Part shown: piece by piece, positions 1 to 9,583 of the stretch
Position numbering within the stretch: the first letter of the stretch is position 1
Layout of the letters: every line of letters begins with the position of its first letter
Assembly (NCBI GenBank): GCA_944389745.1
Contig: CALXNM010000001.1
Span: 26,815 to 90,814, forward strand
DNA from: an uncultured Clostridia bacterium
GTDB taxonomy: Bacteria > Bacillota > Clostridia > TANB77 > CAG-508
DNA: 64,000 nt
Direction: 5' to 3'
Program-made: the position numbers and the translations under genes
The notes under the pieces: generated by a model
What the model was told of the DNA's origin: nothing
Seen by the model: the letters and a program-made list of their open reading frames with translations, nothing else
Database searches by the model: none

Positions 1-201
1 TACTCCATTTGTTTTTTTAGTTATTTCTCTTGCAACTAAAGCTTGATATAATCCACCTATATGAACAAATCCTGTAGGACTTGGTGCAAATCTTGATACT
101 ACTGCTCCTTCTGATAAATTTCTTTCTGGATATTTTTCTTCATAATATGAAATATCCTTTGCGTTTGGAAATATTAAATCTGCTAAATCTTTGTAATCCA
201 T
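1..201 (-). CDS. gltX: Glutamate--tRNA ligase, N-terminal fragment (gene continues beyond window start)
   Basis: Reverse translation from ATG at 201 gives MDYKDLADLIFPNAKDISYYEEKYPERNLSEGAVVSRFAPSPTGFVHIGGLYQALVAREI. RFAPSPTGFVHIGG is the class I HIGH signature in the GluRS context. Confidence 0.85.
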   Translation of the reverse strand, partial: MDYKDLADLIFPNAKDISYYEEKYPERNLSEGAVVSRFAPSPTGFVHIGGLYQALVAREITKKTNGV

Positions 202-237
202 ATTCTTCCCTCTCTTTATTTTAAAAAATCTTTGTAT

Positions 238-266
238 ATTATACTCTATTTTGTGGTATTTTACAA
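238..266 (-). promoter_or_regulatory. Putative sigma-A promoter of gltX
   Basis: The minus strand reads TTGTAA-17 nt-TATAAT about 40 nt upstream of the gltX ATG. Confidence 0.45.
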
Positions 267-360
267 TAAAAACTTATATATATATTTAACTTAAATTACA
301 CTAATTGGATGTTACGAACATATTATTTATTATCTTATATTTTCGTAGGAGGCTTCTAAC

Positions 361-513
361 ATGAATTCTTGTGAGTTTGTTACATTTATTTCTACTCTTG
401 CATGTGCCATTGCTCAAGATAAAACACAAAGAGAAATAGATATTTTGTCAGCATTTTTTGTTCAATTAGGTGATACTCTTGCTACTATTTCCACATTAGA
501 CTTTGATGTTTAA
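361..513 (+). CDS. Small hypothetical protein (50 aa)
   Basis: AGGAGG lies 7 nt upstream of the ATG. The product MNSCEFVTFISTLACAIAQDKTQREIDILSAFFVQLGDTLATISTLDFDV resembles small conserved clostridial proteins I recall only vaguely. It is below the ORF-track length cutoff. Confidence 0.45.
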   Translation: MNSCEFVTFISTLACAIAQDKTQREIDILSAFFVQLGDTLATISTLDFDV

Positions 514-636
514 TTTATTAAAGTATATGCTAAATTTTGTAAAAAAATGGTAATTTTTATTGATTATTTCCAATTTCTGTCATATAATATATTTGTTCCT
601 TTTTCTTTCGTTTTTTAACGAAAGGAGGTGAAACCA

Positions 637-702
637 ATGAAAACCATTATTAAAATGCTAGTATTATTAATCATTTATCTTATTCTTAAGTTATTTGATT
701 AA
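637..702 (+). CDS. Candidate 21-aa hydrophobic peptide (MKTIIKMLVLLIIYLILKLFD)
   Basis: A strong RBS (AAAGGAGGTG) lies 6 nt upstream of the ATG. The RBS is partly embedded in the hairpin CTTTCG-N8-CGAAAG, and a strong terminator follows directly. Confidence 0.35.
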   Translation: MKTIIKMLVLLIIYLILKLFD

Positions 703-712
703 TACATAGCAA

Positions 713-747
713 AATACTAGAGTATTCACAGTACTCTAGTATTTTTT
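713..747 (+). terminator. Rho-independent terminator
   Basis: 12-bp stem AATACTAGAGTA / TACTCTAGTATT with a 7-nt loop, followed by a T-run. Confidence 0.6.
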
Positions 748-900
748 GTTCCTTTATGAAAACCATTATTAAGTTTTGAATTAAGGAGGAATTAAATGAA
801 CTCAAAGGCTTCATTTTCTCTCTTAATTCGTTATTATATTATACTAGATTTTTCATAAAAAGTAAATACTTTTTCCAATTTTTTCAAATATATATATAAA

Positions 901-2808
901 TTACACTTCCATAATTATTGGTAAAATCATCGGATTACGTTTTGTTCTTTGGAATATATAGTCTCTTAAATCATCTTTCAAAGTTGATTTAATTGTAGAC
1001 CAATCTCTTATTCCGTCTTCTTCGAATCCTTTTACTTCTTCATTTATTACTTTCTTTACGTCGTCCATTAATGTTTCTGATTCTCTTACATAAACAAATC
1101 CTCTTGATACTACATCTGGGCCTGATATTATTTCTCCTGTTGAGCTGTCCATTGTCATAACAATTACTATTAATCCATCTTGTGATAGGTGTTGTCTATC
1201 TCGTAATACTATATTTCCAACATCTCCTACTCCAAGTCCATCTACTAATATCTTGCCACATGGTACTGATGTTGTTATTTTTGCTTCTTTTTTGTTTAGT
1301 TCTAATGTTTTTCCATTTTCTAGTATAAATATATTTTCTGTTGGTATTCCCATTTGTTTAGCTGTTTCTGCATGTGCTCTTAATTGTCTGTATTCACCAT
1401 GAACTGGCATAAAGTATTTTGGTTTTGCTAAAGATATTATTAATTTTTGCTCTTCTTGACAAGCATGTCCTGATACATGAACATTTTCTAAAGTACTGTA
1501 TATAACTTCTGCACCAATTTGCATTAAATCATTTATTACATTTGATACTAATTTTTCATTTCCGGGTATTGGTGTAGCTGATATTATTATCATATCATTT
1601 GGTGTTATTACAACTTTTTTATGTTCTCCTGCTGCCATTCTTGTTAATGCAGACATTGTTTCTCCTTGACTACCTGTTGTTATTATTACTAATTGGTCAT
1701 CTGTATAATTTTTTATCATGTCTATATCAATAAACATATTTTCAGGCGCATCTATATATCCTATTTCTCTTGCAGTATTTATCATATTTACCATACTTCT
1801 TCCACAAACTGCAATTTTTCTACCATATTTCTTTGCTGAATTTACTATTTGTTGAACTCTGTGTACATTTGATGCAAAAGTTGCTACCACTATTCTTTTT
1901 CTATTATTTTGAAATAATCTATCAAATACATCTCCTATTGTTCTTTCAGACATTGTAAATCCTTTTCTTTCAGAGTTTGTACTGTCTGACATTAATGCAA
2001 GAATTCCTTTGTTTCCAAGTTCAGCAATTCTTCCAAAGTCCATTATTTTATCATCTATTGGTGTAAAGTCTACTTTAAAGTCTCCTGTATGAAGTATTAC
2101 ACCAACTGGTGTATGAATTGCAAGCATTACAGAGTCTGGTATACTATGGCTACTTCTAATAAATTCTACTTTTATATTTCCAAAATTAACTGTTTGTCCT
2201 TGTTCTACTGTCACTAATTTTGTTGATGAAAGTAATTTATGTTCTTCTAATTTATTTTTTATTAATCCAATTGTTAATCTAGTAGCATATATTGGAATAT
2301 TTATTTGTTTTAGTACATATGGAATTGCACCAATATGGTCTTCATGTCCATGTGTTACTACTAATCCTTTTATTTTTTCTTTGTTTTTTTCTAGATATGT
2401 TACATCTGGTATAACTAAGTCTACACCTAGCATATCATCTTCTGGGAATTCTAGTCCACAGTCTACTAATACTATTTCATCACCATATTCAAATACTGTT
2501 ATATTTTTTCCAATTTCATCTAATCCGCCTAATGGAATTATTTTTAAATTATCTTTTTTGAATTCAAATTTTGGTGTATTTCTTTTTCTATTTATTTCTC
2601 TTTTTTCTGTATTTTCTTTAACAATTTTTCCTTCAATTTTATTTTCTTTTTTTACTGATTTTTTACTCTCTCTAGTATTTTCTTTTTTTGCCACTTTATT
2701 GTTTTGTTTAACATTTTCTTTCTTATTTACATTTCTTGTATTTTTTCTTTTTATTGTTTTTTCTGCTTTGTTCAAAGCAGTTTCTTCTATTGTTTGATTT
2801 TTGTCCAT
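901..2808 (-). CDS. rnj: Ribonuclease J (metallo-beta-lactamase / beta-CASP) with a Lys-rich N-terminal extension
   Basis: Contains IIPLGGLDEIGKN, the HGHEDHIG motif and a beta-CASP region. I place the start at MDKNQ (ATG 2808), preceded by GAGAGAGGAAA. The longer track ORF lacks an RBS. Confidence 0.92.
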   Translation of the reverse strand: MDKNQTIEETALNKAEKTIKRKNTRNVNKKENVKQNNKVAKKENTRESKKSVKKENKIEGKIVKENTEKREINRKRNTPKFEFKKDNLKIIPLGGLDEIGKNITVFEYGDEIVLVDCGLEFPEDDMLGVDLVIPDVTYLEKNKEKIKGLVVTHGHEDHIGAIPYVLKQINIPIYATRLTIGLIKNKLEEHKLLSSTKLVTVEQGQTVNFGNIKVEFIRSSHSIPDSVMLAIHTPVGVILHTGDFKVDFTPIDDKIMDFGRIAELGNKGILALMSDSTNSERKGFTMSERTIGDVFDRLFQNNRKRIVVATFASNVHRVQQIVNSAKKYGRKIAVCGRSMVNMINTAREIGYIDAPENMFIDIDMIKNYTDDQLVIITTGSQGETMSALTRMAAGEHKKVVITPNDMIIISATPIPGNEKLVSNVINDLMQIGAEVIYSTLENVHVSGHACQEEQKLIISLAKPKYFMPVHGEYRQLRAHAETAKQMGIPTENIFILENGKTLELNKKEAKITTSVPCGKILVDGLGVGDVGNIVLRDRQHLSQDGLIVIVMTMDSSTGEIISGPDVVSRGFVYVRESETLMDDVKKVINEEVKGFEEDGIRDWSTIKSTLKDDLRDYIFQRTKRNPMILPIIMEV

Positions 2809-2881
2809 TAAATTTCCTCTCTCCCTTTCTCTTTTTATATTATTTATTAATTTATACATTATATACAAAATATACAAATAA

Positions 2882-2911
2882 AAAGTAGTTTATAATATTA
2901 TAAACTACTTT
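2882..2911 (-). terminator. Perfect 30-nt palindrome, probable terminator upstream of the rnj promoter
   Basis: AAAGTAGTTTATAAT/ATTATAAACTACTTT, followed on the minus strand by TTTATTTG. Confidence 0.45.
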
Positions 2912-3183
2912 CACGTACAAAAACACTTATTGACACACCTATACCATTATTCCAAACATAAATATACAGAGAATGCTTATTTTTAATTTCCGCACTATAA
3001 GCATATCTATATATTTTTCTTTATTAATATATTTATTTTTAACCGCTCAATAATTTACAATATTATATTTTATTAATTATCTATCTTATAAATACTATAT
3101 AAATCTCTTCTTTACCTTATTTTGGTAACAACTGTAAATTATTATACTATTTTTTATGCGTTTTGTCAAATTTGATACTTTGG

Positions 3184-4065
3184 CTATAGAATTGCCCCTA
3201 TAATTCCAGCATCATTTTTTAGGGTTGCTAATACTATTTTAGGGATTGTATCTTTATTAAATACATATCTTCTTTTATTCATTTCTGAAATTAATTTATT
3301 ATAAAAAATATCTTTGAAAAACACAAAACTTCCGCCTAAGCAAATGGCTTCTGGTTCAAACATATCAATTATATTAGATAATCCAACTATCATATTTTCT
3401 ATGTATTCATTTATTGCTTCTTTTACTTTATCGTTATTAATTTCTTTTTCTATTATCTTTAATAATTCTTCTGATAAACAATTATCTATTTCTAAAATAT
3501 CTTTTATTTTTTCTTTAAATCTTTTTATAGAACAATATGTTTCAAAACAACCATCTTTGCCACAATTACACTTTATTCCTCCTTTGTTTATTATCATGTG
3601 TCCTAATTCAAATCCAGTATTTTTATTAGCTATTAATAATTTATTATTAAGAAATACTGCTGAACCAATTCCTGTTCCCAAACATAAAAACACTGAATCT
3701 TTATATTCTCTTAGCGCACCATATTCATTTTCTGCTAACCCAGCTGCTTTTGAATCATTTTTTATTTTTATTGGAATACCCGTATATTTGTTTATAATAT
3801 GGTTTAGGTCTAATTCATTTAATCCAAGATTTACTAAGTTTGTAATTACATTTTCCTTTATATTTCCTGGAGTTGCTATTCCAATTAGCTCTATCTTATT
3901 TTCTTTTCCTAGTTCGTCTATATTTTTCTCTAAATAATCTATTACACTTTCTGAAGTTTCTTTTTCATATGTTACATCTTTTTCAATTTTCTTTACTATT
4001 TTATTTTCATCATTTAATAACCCTATTCCAATATGGCTACCGCCAACATCAATTCCAATTTTCAT
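3184..4065 (-). CDS. ROK family sugar kinase (glucokinase-like)
   Basis: N-terminal MKIGIDVGGSHIGIG ATP-binding motif and the ROK zinc motif CNCGKDGCFETYCS. AAGGAG RBS lies before ATG 4065. Confidence 0.85.
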   Translation of the reverse strand: MKIGIDVGGSHIGIGLLNDENKIVKKIEKDVTYEKETSESVIDYLEKNIDELGKENKIELIGIATPGNIKENVITNLVNLGLNELDLNHIINKYTGIPIKIKNDSKAAGLAENEYGALREYKDSVFLCLGTGIGSAVFLNNKLLIANKNTGFELGHMIINKGGIKCNCGKDGCFETYCSIKRFKEKIKDILEIDNCLSEELLKIIEKEINNDKVKEAINEYIENMIVGLSNIIDMFEPEAICLGGSFVFFKDIFYNKLISEMNKRRYVFNKDTIPKIVLATLKNDAGIIGAIL

Positions 4066-4210
4066 TTTTGATTTTGCTCCTTTCTTTTCAGGCTCTCTAT
4101 TTCTTGTCATTCCCTCTATTTTGTGTTAGAAAATAATTAAATTTTGGCAAGGAAAACGAGTTTGAAATTTATGAGGTGTACTCCTTGTACATTGAATAGT
4201 TTTCAAAAGT

Positions 4211-5038
4211 TTATATATAAAACATTGTAAAGTTTGTAATTAGCAATGCCATTATATTAGCTACTCCCATATAAAATCCTATTGGTATTTTTGAATCTTC
4301 TATTTTTATACCTTTTACATATTTACTATTTTTCTTTCTTTTAACTATGCTATGCATAATTAATTGAATTGCAATTGCAATAAGTGTAATCATTACTGTA
4401 TATATATATACTGCTTCATATGTATATAATATTATAAAAATTGAAAACATTAAAATATCTATTGTATAACTATCTTTTCCTTTTCTTTTTAAATATATTA
4501 CGCTAAATAAAACTAAGAAACATGCTAAAACAAGATATATAACATATCTATACATACCAACATCAATTGGTCTTTCCACTATATATAAATGAATCATATA
4601 TGCTGTAACACAAATAAATCCAATAATTAATGCCGATTTATCTACCATTATATTTTTCTTATCTATACCAGCTATAATTAATAGTATTGTTAAATATATA
4701 ATACCAACTACGAAATATATAAATATTGAAGTTGTAATGTTAAACAAACTTAGTCTAATTGACGCAGCAAATAAAACAAATATCACACCTGTTAGTATTT
4801 CTATAAAAAAACTGGTAGGGCTTATTTTTTTCTTACAATATCTACATTTTCCTCTTAAAAAAATATAACTGAATATAGGTATTTGATCCAAAAATCCTAA
4901 TTTATGTTTACACTCTGGACAGTAAGAACGAGAGTGTGTTATATCTTGTTTTAATGGTATTCTATATACTGCTAATGCTATAAAACTTCCACATAAGGCT
5001 CCTATTAAAAAAATTAAAATATATAATAAATAATCCAT
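4211..5038 (-). CDS. pilD: Prepilin peptidase (A24 family)
   Basis: N-terminal CPECKHKL...CRYCKKKI zinc-finger-like region followed by a multi-TM body, typical of PilD/ComC. Confidence 0.85.
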   Translation of the reverse strand: MDYLLYILIFLIGALCGSFIALAVYRIPLKQDITHSRSYCPECKHKLGFLDQIPIFSYIFLRGKCRYCKKKISPTSFFIEILTGVIFVLFAASIRLSLFNITTSIFIYFVVGIIYLTILLIIAGIDKKNIMVDKSALIIGFICVTAYMIHLYIVERPIDVGMYRYVIYLVLACFLVLFSVIYLKRKGKDSYTIDILMFSIFIILYTYEAVYIYTVMITLIAIAIQLIMHSIVKRKKNSKYVKGIKIEDSKIPIGFYMGVANIMALLITNFTMFYI

Positions 5039-5130
5039 AATTACTCCTTATTTTAAAACAGAGGATATACTCAAATAACATTTAAAATTACTAAAGCATA
5101 TCCTCTTTTATTTAATAAAATAACTTTAAA

Positions 5131-5454
5131 TTATTGTATATCTTCTACTACTTCATTTACATCATTAAGCACATTTGATTGATTTTCATCTAATGTATTA
5201 TTTGTTGTTTCTGTTACAACTTCTTGTTGTGCTGAAACATTTGCTTCGATTTCTTGAAGTTTTACTTCTGTTTCATTCATAAAAGTGTCTATTTTGTAGT
5301 CTGTATTTGTTGCATAGCTTTCATAATCATTTGATGATGATCCCCAACCATTATTTCCAAAAGCAAATGATATTGCTACTGTTACAATTACTATTAATAT
5401 TACAATTATTACTACTAATGCAACTAATGTAACACCTTTTTGATTCTTTAGCAT
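5131..5454 (-). CDS. Type IV pilin-like protein (atypical, no Glu at +5)
   Basis: MLKNQKG/VTLVALVVIIVIL resembles a class III signal peptide. AAGGAGG RBS is present. The C-terminal part is acidic. Confidence 0.5.
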   Translation of the reverse strand: MLKNQKGVTLVALVVIIVILIVIVTVAISFAFGNNGWGSSSNDYESYATNTDYKIDTFMNETEVKLQEIEANVSAQQEVVTETTNNTLDENQSNVLNDVNEVVEDIQ

Positions 5455-5573
5455 CTTTCTTCCTCCTTATATAAAATTTTGTATATATCTGTATATCTAT
5501 AAAATATATAAATATATTCTAGTTTTAGCAAGGAATTAAATTTTTCATTTGACTCCTTTGTGCTTAAAACATC

Positions 5574-5981
5574 TTATTTTAAGCTACTTTTCTCATTTGT
5601 TAAATTATTACTTTTGTTATTATTACTACTATTACTTTGATTTTTATCTGTATCTTTTATATTTATGCTATTGCTAGCAGTAGTATCATTTGTATCTTCT
5701 TCTAAAGCAAACGGATCTGATTTTCCTTCGGTATAATTAGCTTTTTGTTTATATACATTCAAGTCAGAATCTGTTACTTCATAAGTTTTTTCAGTTTTTA
5801 TTGATTCTGCTGTTGAATCATTTATTTCATTTTTTACTTCAGCAGGTGTTTCGTATGCTTCTTTTGCTGGAATTGTTACGCCTATTGGAATATAGTCATA
5901 AAATATAATTCCAAATACTAGTAGCATAGCTATACTTAAAAGTAATAATATACAAATTTCTTTTATTACTGTCTTTAGCAT
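5574..5981 (-). CDS. Hypothetical membrane-anchored protein (single N-terminal TM, Asn/Ser-rich tail)
   Basis: GAAGGTGAGG RBS. It lies in the operon between the pilO-like and pilin-like genes. Confidence 0.5.
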   Translation of the reverse strand: MLKTVIKEICILLLLSIAMLLVFGIIFYDYIPIGVTIPAKEAYETPAEVKNEINDSTAESIKTEKTYEVTDSDLNVYKQKANYTEGKSDPFALEEDTNDTTASNSINIKDTDKNQSNSSNNNKSNNLTNEKSSLK

Positions 5982-6009
5982 TTTAACCTCACCTTCTTTT
6001 ATCTTGATA

Positions 6010-6666
6010 CTAGTCTTTACTTACATTTTGAGCTAATATATTTTGCATTAAATCTTCGCTTGAGTTATCATCTGTTTGAGTTGTCTCATCCAATTTGATT
6101 TTTACTCCGTTTACATTAAATGTTGCTTGTAAATTATCTTCATTTGGTACCATTTTAAAATCTTCTATTATAAAGCCTAGTTCATTATCTTCTTCTAAAG
6201 CTGATATAAAGTCTATAATACCAACATATTTACCTGTAACTGTAAATGCTAGATTTTTTATTTCTGTGTTTTCGTTATCTGTTGCCATGATGTCCATTCT
6301 CATTTTTACTCCTTCTTCTCTAGCATAACCTCCTATTTTCAAATACAAATATTCAGCATTATAATATTCTTCAGTAGTAGCTTTTGTTAATTCTGTCTCA
6401 GTACTAATATTTGCTACTCTAAAATAATTTTCCTTGTTTTTTAATAAAGTATCTACACTAGTTAAAACTTCTTGCTTTTTATTTGGTAACTCTACTGTCA
6501 TCTTGTTATTTGCCTCATCTGCTTTTGCTTTAAGTTGAGTACTTAGTTCAGATATTTGTTTTGCACCTAAAATTTTAAATCCGCCTATAGATATTCCTTG
6601 AAATACGGTGAAATATGCTAAAATAATTAATACTATAATTAATATTGATATTAAAATTTTTCTCAT
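6010..6666 (-). CDS. PilO-like pilus assembly protein
   Basis: N-terminal TM helix, then a coiled-coil region and a globular domain. Its start overlaps the upstream stop (ATGA), implying translational coupling with pilMN. The family call is based on architecture and context only. Confidence 0.45.
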   Translation of the reverse strand: MRKILISILIIVLIILAYFTVFQGISIGGFKILGAKQISELSTQLKAKADEANNKMTVELPNKKQEVLTSVDTLLKNKENYFRVANISTETELTKATTEEYYNAEYLYLKIGGYAREEGVKMRMDIMATDNENTEIKNLAFTVTGKYVGIIDFISALEEDNELGFIIEDFKMVPNEDNLQATFNVNGVKIKLDETTQTDDNSSEDLMQNILAQNVSKD

Positions 6667-8306
6667 AGCAAATCCCCCTCTATAACCATTTCAACAAAAT
6701 TCTCTGTTGTTTCTTGTGAAGATACTACATTTGTTAAAATATCATCTTCTTTTAATTTTACTTTAAAATATCCAAGTTCATCATAATATTCTGATTGAGC
6801 TTTTATAATAACATGTTTACCATCACTATCAGAGGTATTATCTATTTCTGTAATTTGAACATTTTCTGGTATGATTGACATTATGTTTGTTAAAAGGTTT
6901 GGAATTCTGCCTTTTGAGTCCATATTAGTTTCCAATCTTGAATTTACGTTATTCAAATCATTTATCATTTGATTATATTCATTTGCTTTTCCGTTTATTT
7001 CATTAATATCTGTATCAGCCATAGCTATTTGGCTATCAGTGTACGTGATTGAATCCTGTACTTCTTGTAGCTTTTGATTTATTCTATTATTTAAATATAT
7101 AGAATAAATCGAATATACTAAAATAATTGCAACTAAAAGCCCCGCACCTCTTAGCATCCATTTCTCTGTTTTTTCTAACTTTCCTGACATATCAAAATCT
7201 AATTGTATTTTGTTAGGAACTTTATTAAGCTTACTTATATTTTTGGGCTTATTTACTTTTTCTTTGCTTGGCTCTTTTTTCAAAATTTCTGGTATTGGCA
7301 TAGAAAAAGTTTGTTTTTGGAAATTCATTTCTTGCATTCCATAACCCAAATCTTGCATTGCTAAAGAAAGTGCTGAATTTACTTCTATATAATCTTTTAT
7401 GTTTATTTTTGCTCTATCTTTTATAAAATATGGTTTTAATATTTCGCATTTTTCTTGTTGGAAAAATTCTTGGAAATATAAATCTATATTATTTACTACA
7501 GATAGTGTTCCTGTTATATATATTTTGTCATAATTTATTTTAGATTTTGTTATATATTTTTGTAAGTCAGTAACAACTTTGTACAATGTTGGTATTATAA
7601 ATTCCATGTATTCGTTTCCTTCATCTATGGTTTCTTTACCATCCATTGTATAAATGGTTGAATTCTTACATATTTCGTATGCTTTTGAATATGAATTTTC
7701 TTTACCAGCAATCTTTTTTAAAACATTTGTTGGTCCTTGTTTTATTCTTTTTACATCGTTTATTTTTTGATTTATAATACTTGTAATTACGGTTTCATCA
7801 TCCATATTAACTACAATTACATTTTCTTTTGGTTTTGTAGAAATAATATTTGCTATACTCATTCCTAATGGAGTAATTGTTGACACTTTGCCATCTTCGA
7901 TATTATCTAATATACTATTTATAGACGACTTAAATACAGAAACATGCATTACTTTAAATGTATCTTTTCCATCTTCTTTGGATATACTATATCTTGATTC
8001 ATAATCTTCGCTTGATATTTTTTTCTTTTCACAAAATTCATTAAAATCATTTTCTATTTCTGTTTTTAATTCATTTTTATTTAAAAGACTAGAAACATCG
8101 AAATAATTATAAACTTCATCTGTTAGATTTATGCTTATTGGAACATTTTTACTTAATGTTTCTGAAATAACTTGTTTTATAGCTTCTTTAACGTCTTCAT
8201 AAAATTTTATTCCAAATGCATCTACTGTTAGCTCTTCACGATTTTTTGTCACTTTAGCATATTTAATTAGATTTTTTTCAATACATAATCCTAAACTGCT
8301 AGACAT
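6663..8306 (-). CDS. PilM-PilN fusion-like pilus assembly protein
   Basis: About 380 aa of cytoplasmic actin-like region, then a TM helix (LLVAIILVYSIYSIYL), a coiled coil and a PilN-like domain. The gene sits in a pilus context. Confidence 0.55.
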   Translation of the reverse strand: MSSSLGLCIEKNLIKYAKVTKNREELTVDAFGIKFYEDVKEAIKQVISETLSKNVPISINLTDEVYNYFDVSSLLNKNELKTEIENDFNEFCEKKKISSEDYESRYSISKEDGKDTFKVMHVSVFKSSINSILDNIEDGKVSTITPLGMSIANIISTKPKENVIVVNMDDETVITSIINQKINDVKRIKQGPTNVLKKIAGKENSYSKAYEICKNSTIYTMDGKETIDEGNEYMEFIIPTLYKVVTDLQKYITKSKINYDKIYITGTLSVVNNIDLYFQEFFQQEKCEILKPYFIKDRAKINIKDYIEVNSALSLAMQDLGYGMQEMNFQKQTFSMPIPEILKKEPSKEKVNKPKNISKLNKVPNKIQLDFDMSGKLEKTEKWMLRGAGLLVAIILVYSIYSIYLNNRINQKLQEVQDSITYTDSQIAMADTDINEINGKANEYNQMINDLNNVNSRLETNMDSKGRIPNLLTNIMSIIPENVQITEIDNTSDSDGKHVIIKAQSEYYDELGYFKVKLKEDDILTNVVSSQETTENFVEMVIEGDLL

Positions 8307-8533
8307 TTTCTTCTCCTTTGTTTTTTTATTTGTTTATTATTTATTCTTTCACATCATTATATAAATAATACTTCTACTTTTTTCCGCCCAATTTTATCAT
8401 TTTATACTTATAATTACCTTTTATATTTTATCGTTTTTTCGCTAAAAGTCAATATAACCCGTAGATATTTAATATTATTGTAACACTATTGTAATATTTT
8501 TGTAATATTTCTTTTTTTATTTATCACAAATGA

Positions 8534-8570
8534 CAAAAACAAGTGCAGCCCTAGTTTTTACACTTGTTTT
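8534..8570. terminator. Hairpin terminator between uppP and the pilus operon
   Basis: AACAAGTG-N15-CACTTGTT is flanked by an A-run and a T-run, so it could act in both directions. Confidence 0.5.
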
Positions 8571-8645
8571 ATATTTTTTAATTTTATTATTTATGACTAA
8601 TTTATCTTGTTTCATTATGCTTAATTTACTTATAGTACACTACAC

Positions 8646-9500
8646 TTATTTTGCTAAAAAGAAATACGCTAATACAATTATACCTAAAATAATTCTGTAG
8701 TATCCAAATGCTTTGAAATTATGTTTCTTAATATAATTCATTAAGAATTTAATTACAAACATAGAAATTATGAATGAAACTAACATTCCCACTATCAAAA
8801 TTGCAATTTCAGCACTTGTAAATGCTAATCCAAATTTCAATACTTTAAGTAAACTTGCTCCTAACATAGTTGGAATAGCTAAATAAAATGTAAATTCTGC
8901 TGCATTTTCTCTTGATAGTCCAATTAATAGTCCTCCAATAATTGTTGCTCCTGAACGTGATGTTCCTGGAAATATAGCTGCCAATAATTGAAATACTCCT
9001 ATTATTAATGCATCTTTATATGTAATTTCTGAATTTTTGTTTTTAATACTTTTTCTATTTTTGTTCCAATTTTCTATAACAATAAATGCAATACCAAAAA
9101 CAATTAAAGCAATTGCTATACATGTTGGATTATAAAATAATGCTTCAAATGTTTCATCAAATAATAGCCCAATGATTGCGGCAGGTATACAAGCAACTAA
9201 AATCTTTCCCCATAAATTCATAATTTTTTTATCAAAAATTGATAAGATTCCTTTTGGCTTAATTGCTTTTTCTTTGTTTTTTGTAAATGGCCATATTTTC
9301 TTAAAATAGATTAATATTACAGCCAGAATTGCTCCAAGTTGAATAACCACTTGAAACATAGACCAAAATTCTGGTGATACATTTTGAAATTTTAAAAATT
9401 GTTCTGCTAATATTAAATGCCCTGTACTACTAATTGGTAACCATTCTGTTATACCTTCTATAATTCCAAATATAATGGATTTTAAAATGTCTAAAAACAT
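8646..9500 (-). CDS. uppP: Undecaprenyl-diphosphate phosphatase
   Basis: GIIEGITEWLPISSTGHLIL and PGTSRSGATI motifs in a polytopic membrane protein. Confidence 0.92.
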   Translation of the reverse strand: MFLDILKSIIFGIIEGITEWLPISSTGHLILAEQFLKFQNVSPEFWSMFQVVIQLGAILAVILIYFKKIWPFTKNKEKAIKPKGILSIFDKKIMNLWGKILVACIPAAIIGLLFDETFEALFYNPTCIAIALIVFGIAFIVIENWNKNRKSIKNKNSEITYKDALIIGVFQLLAAIFPGTSRSGATIIGGLLIGLSRENAAEFTFYLAIPTMLGASLLKVLKFGLAFTSAEIAILIVGMLVSFIISMFVIKFLMNYIKKHNFKAFGYYRIILGIIVLAYFFLAK

Positions 9501-9583
9501 ATTTTTCTCCCTTTCTTTTGTTTTAATATTGTTTGTTATTCGATATTATACCATATCTTTTTTATTAAAAAATTAAAATTTTA

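Noticed and set aside
3314-3937. Many antisense or alternative-frame track ORFs, e.g. 1770-1958, 2381-2797, 3314-3937, 17201-17482, 28815-29240, 30657-31070, 36881-37309, 46398-46838 and 56687-57154
   Set aside because: They lie entirely within well-supported genes on the opposite strand. They encode low-complexity Phe/Leu/Ser/Ile-rich strings typical of shadow frames in AT-rich DNA, and they lack RBSs.
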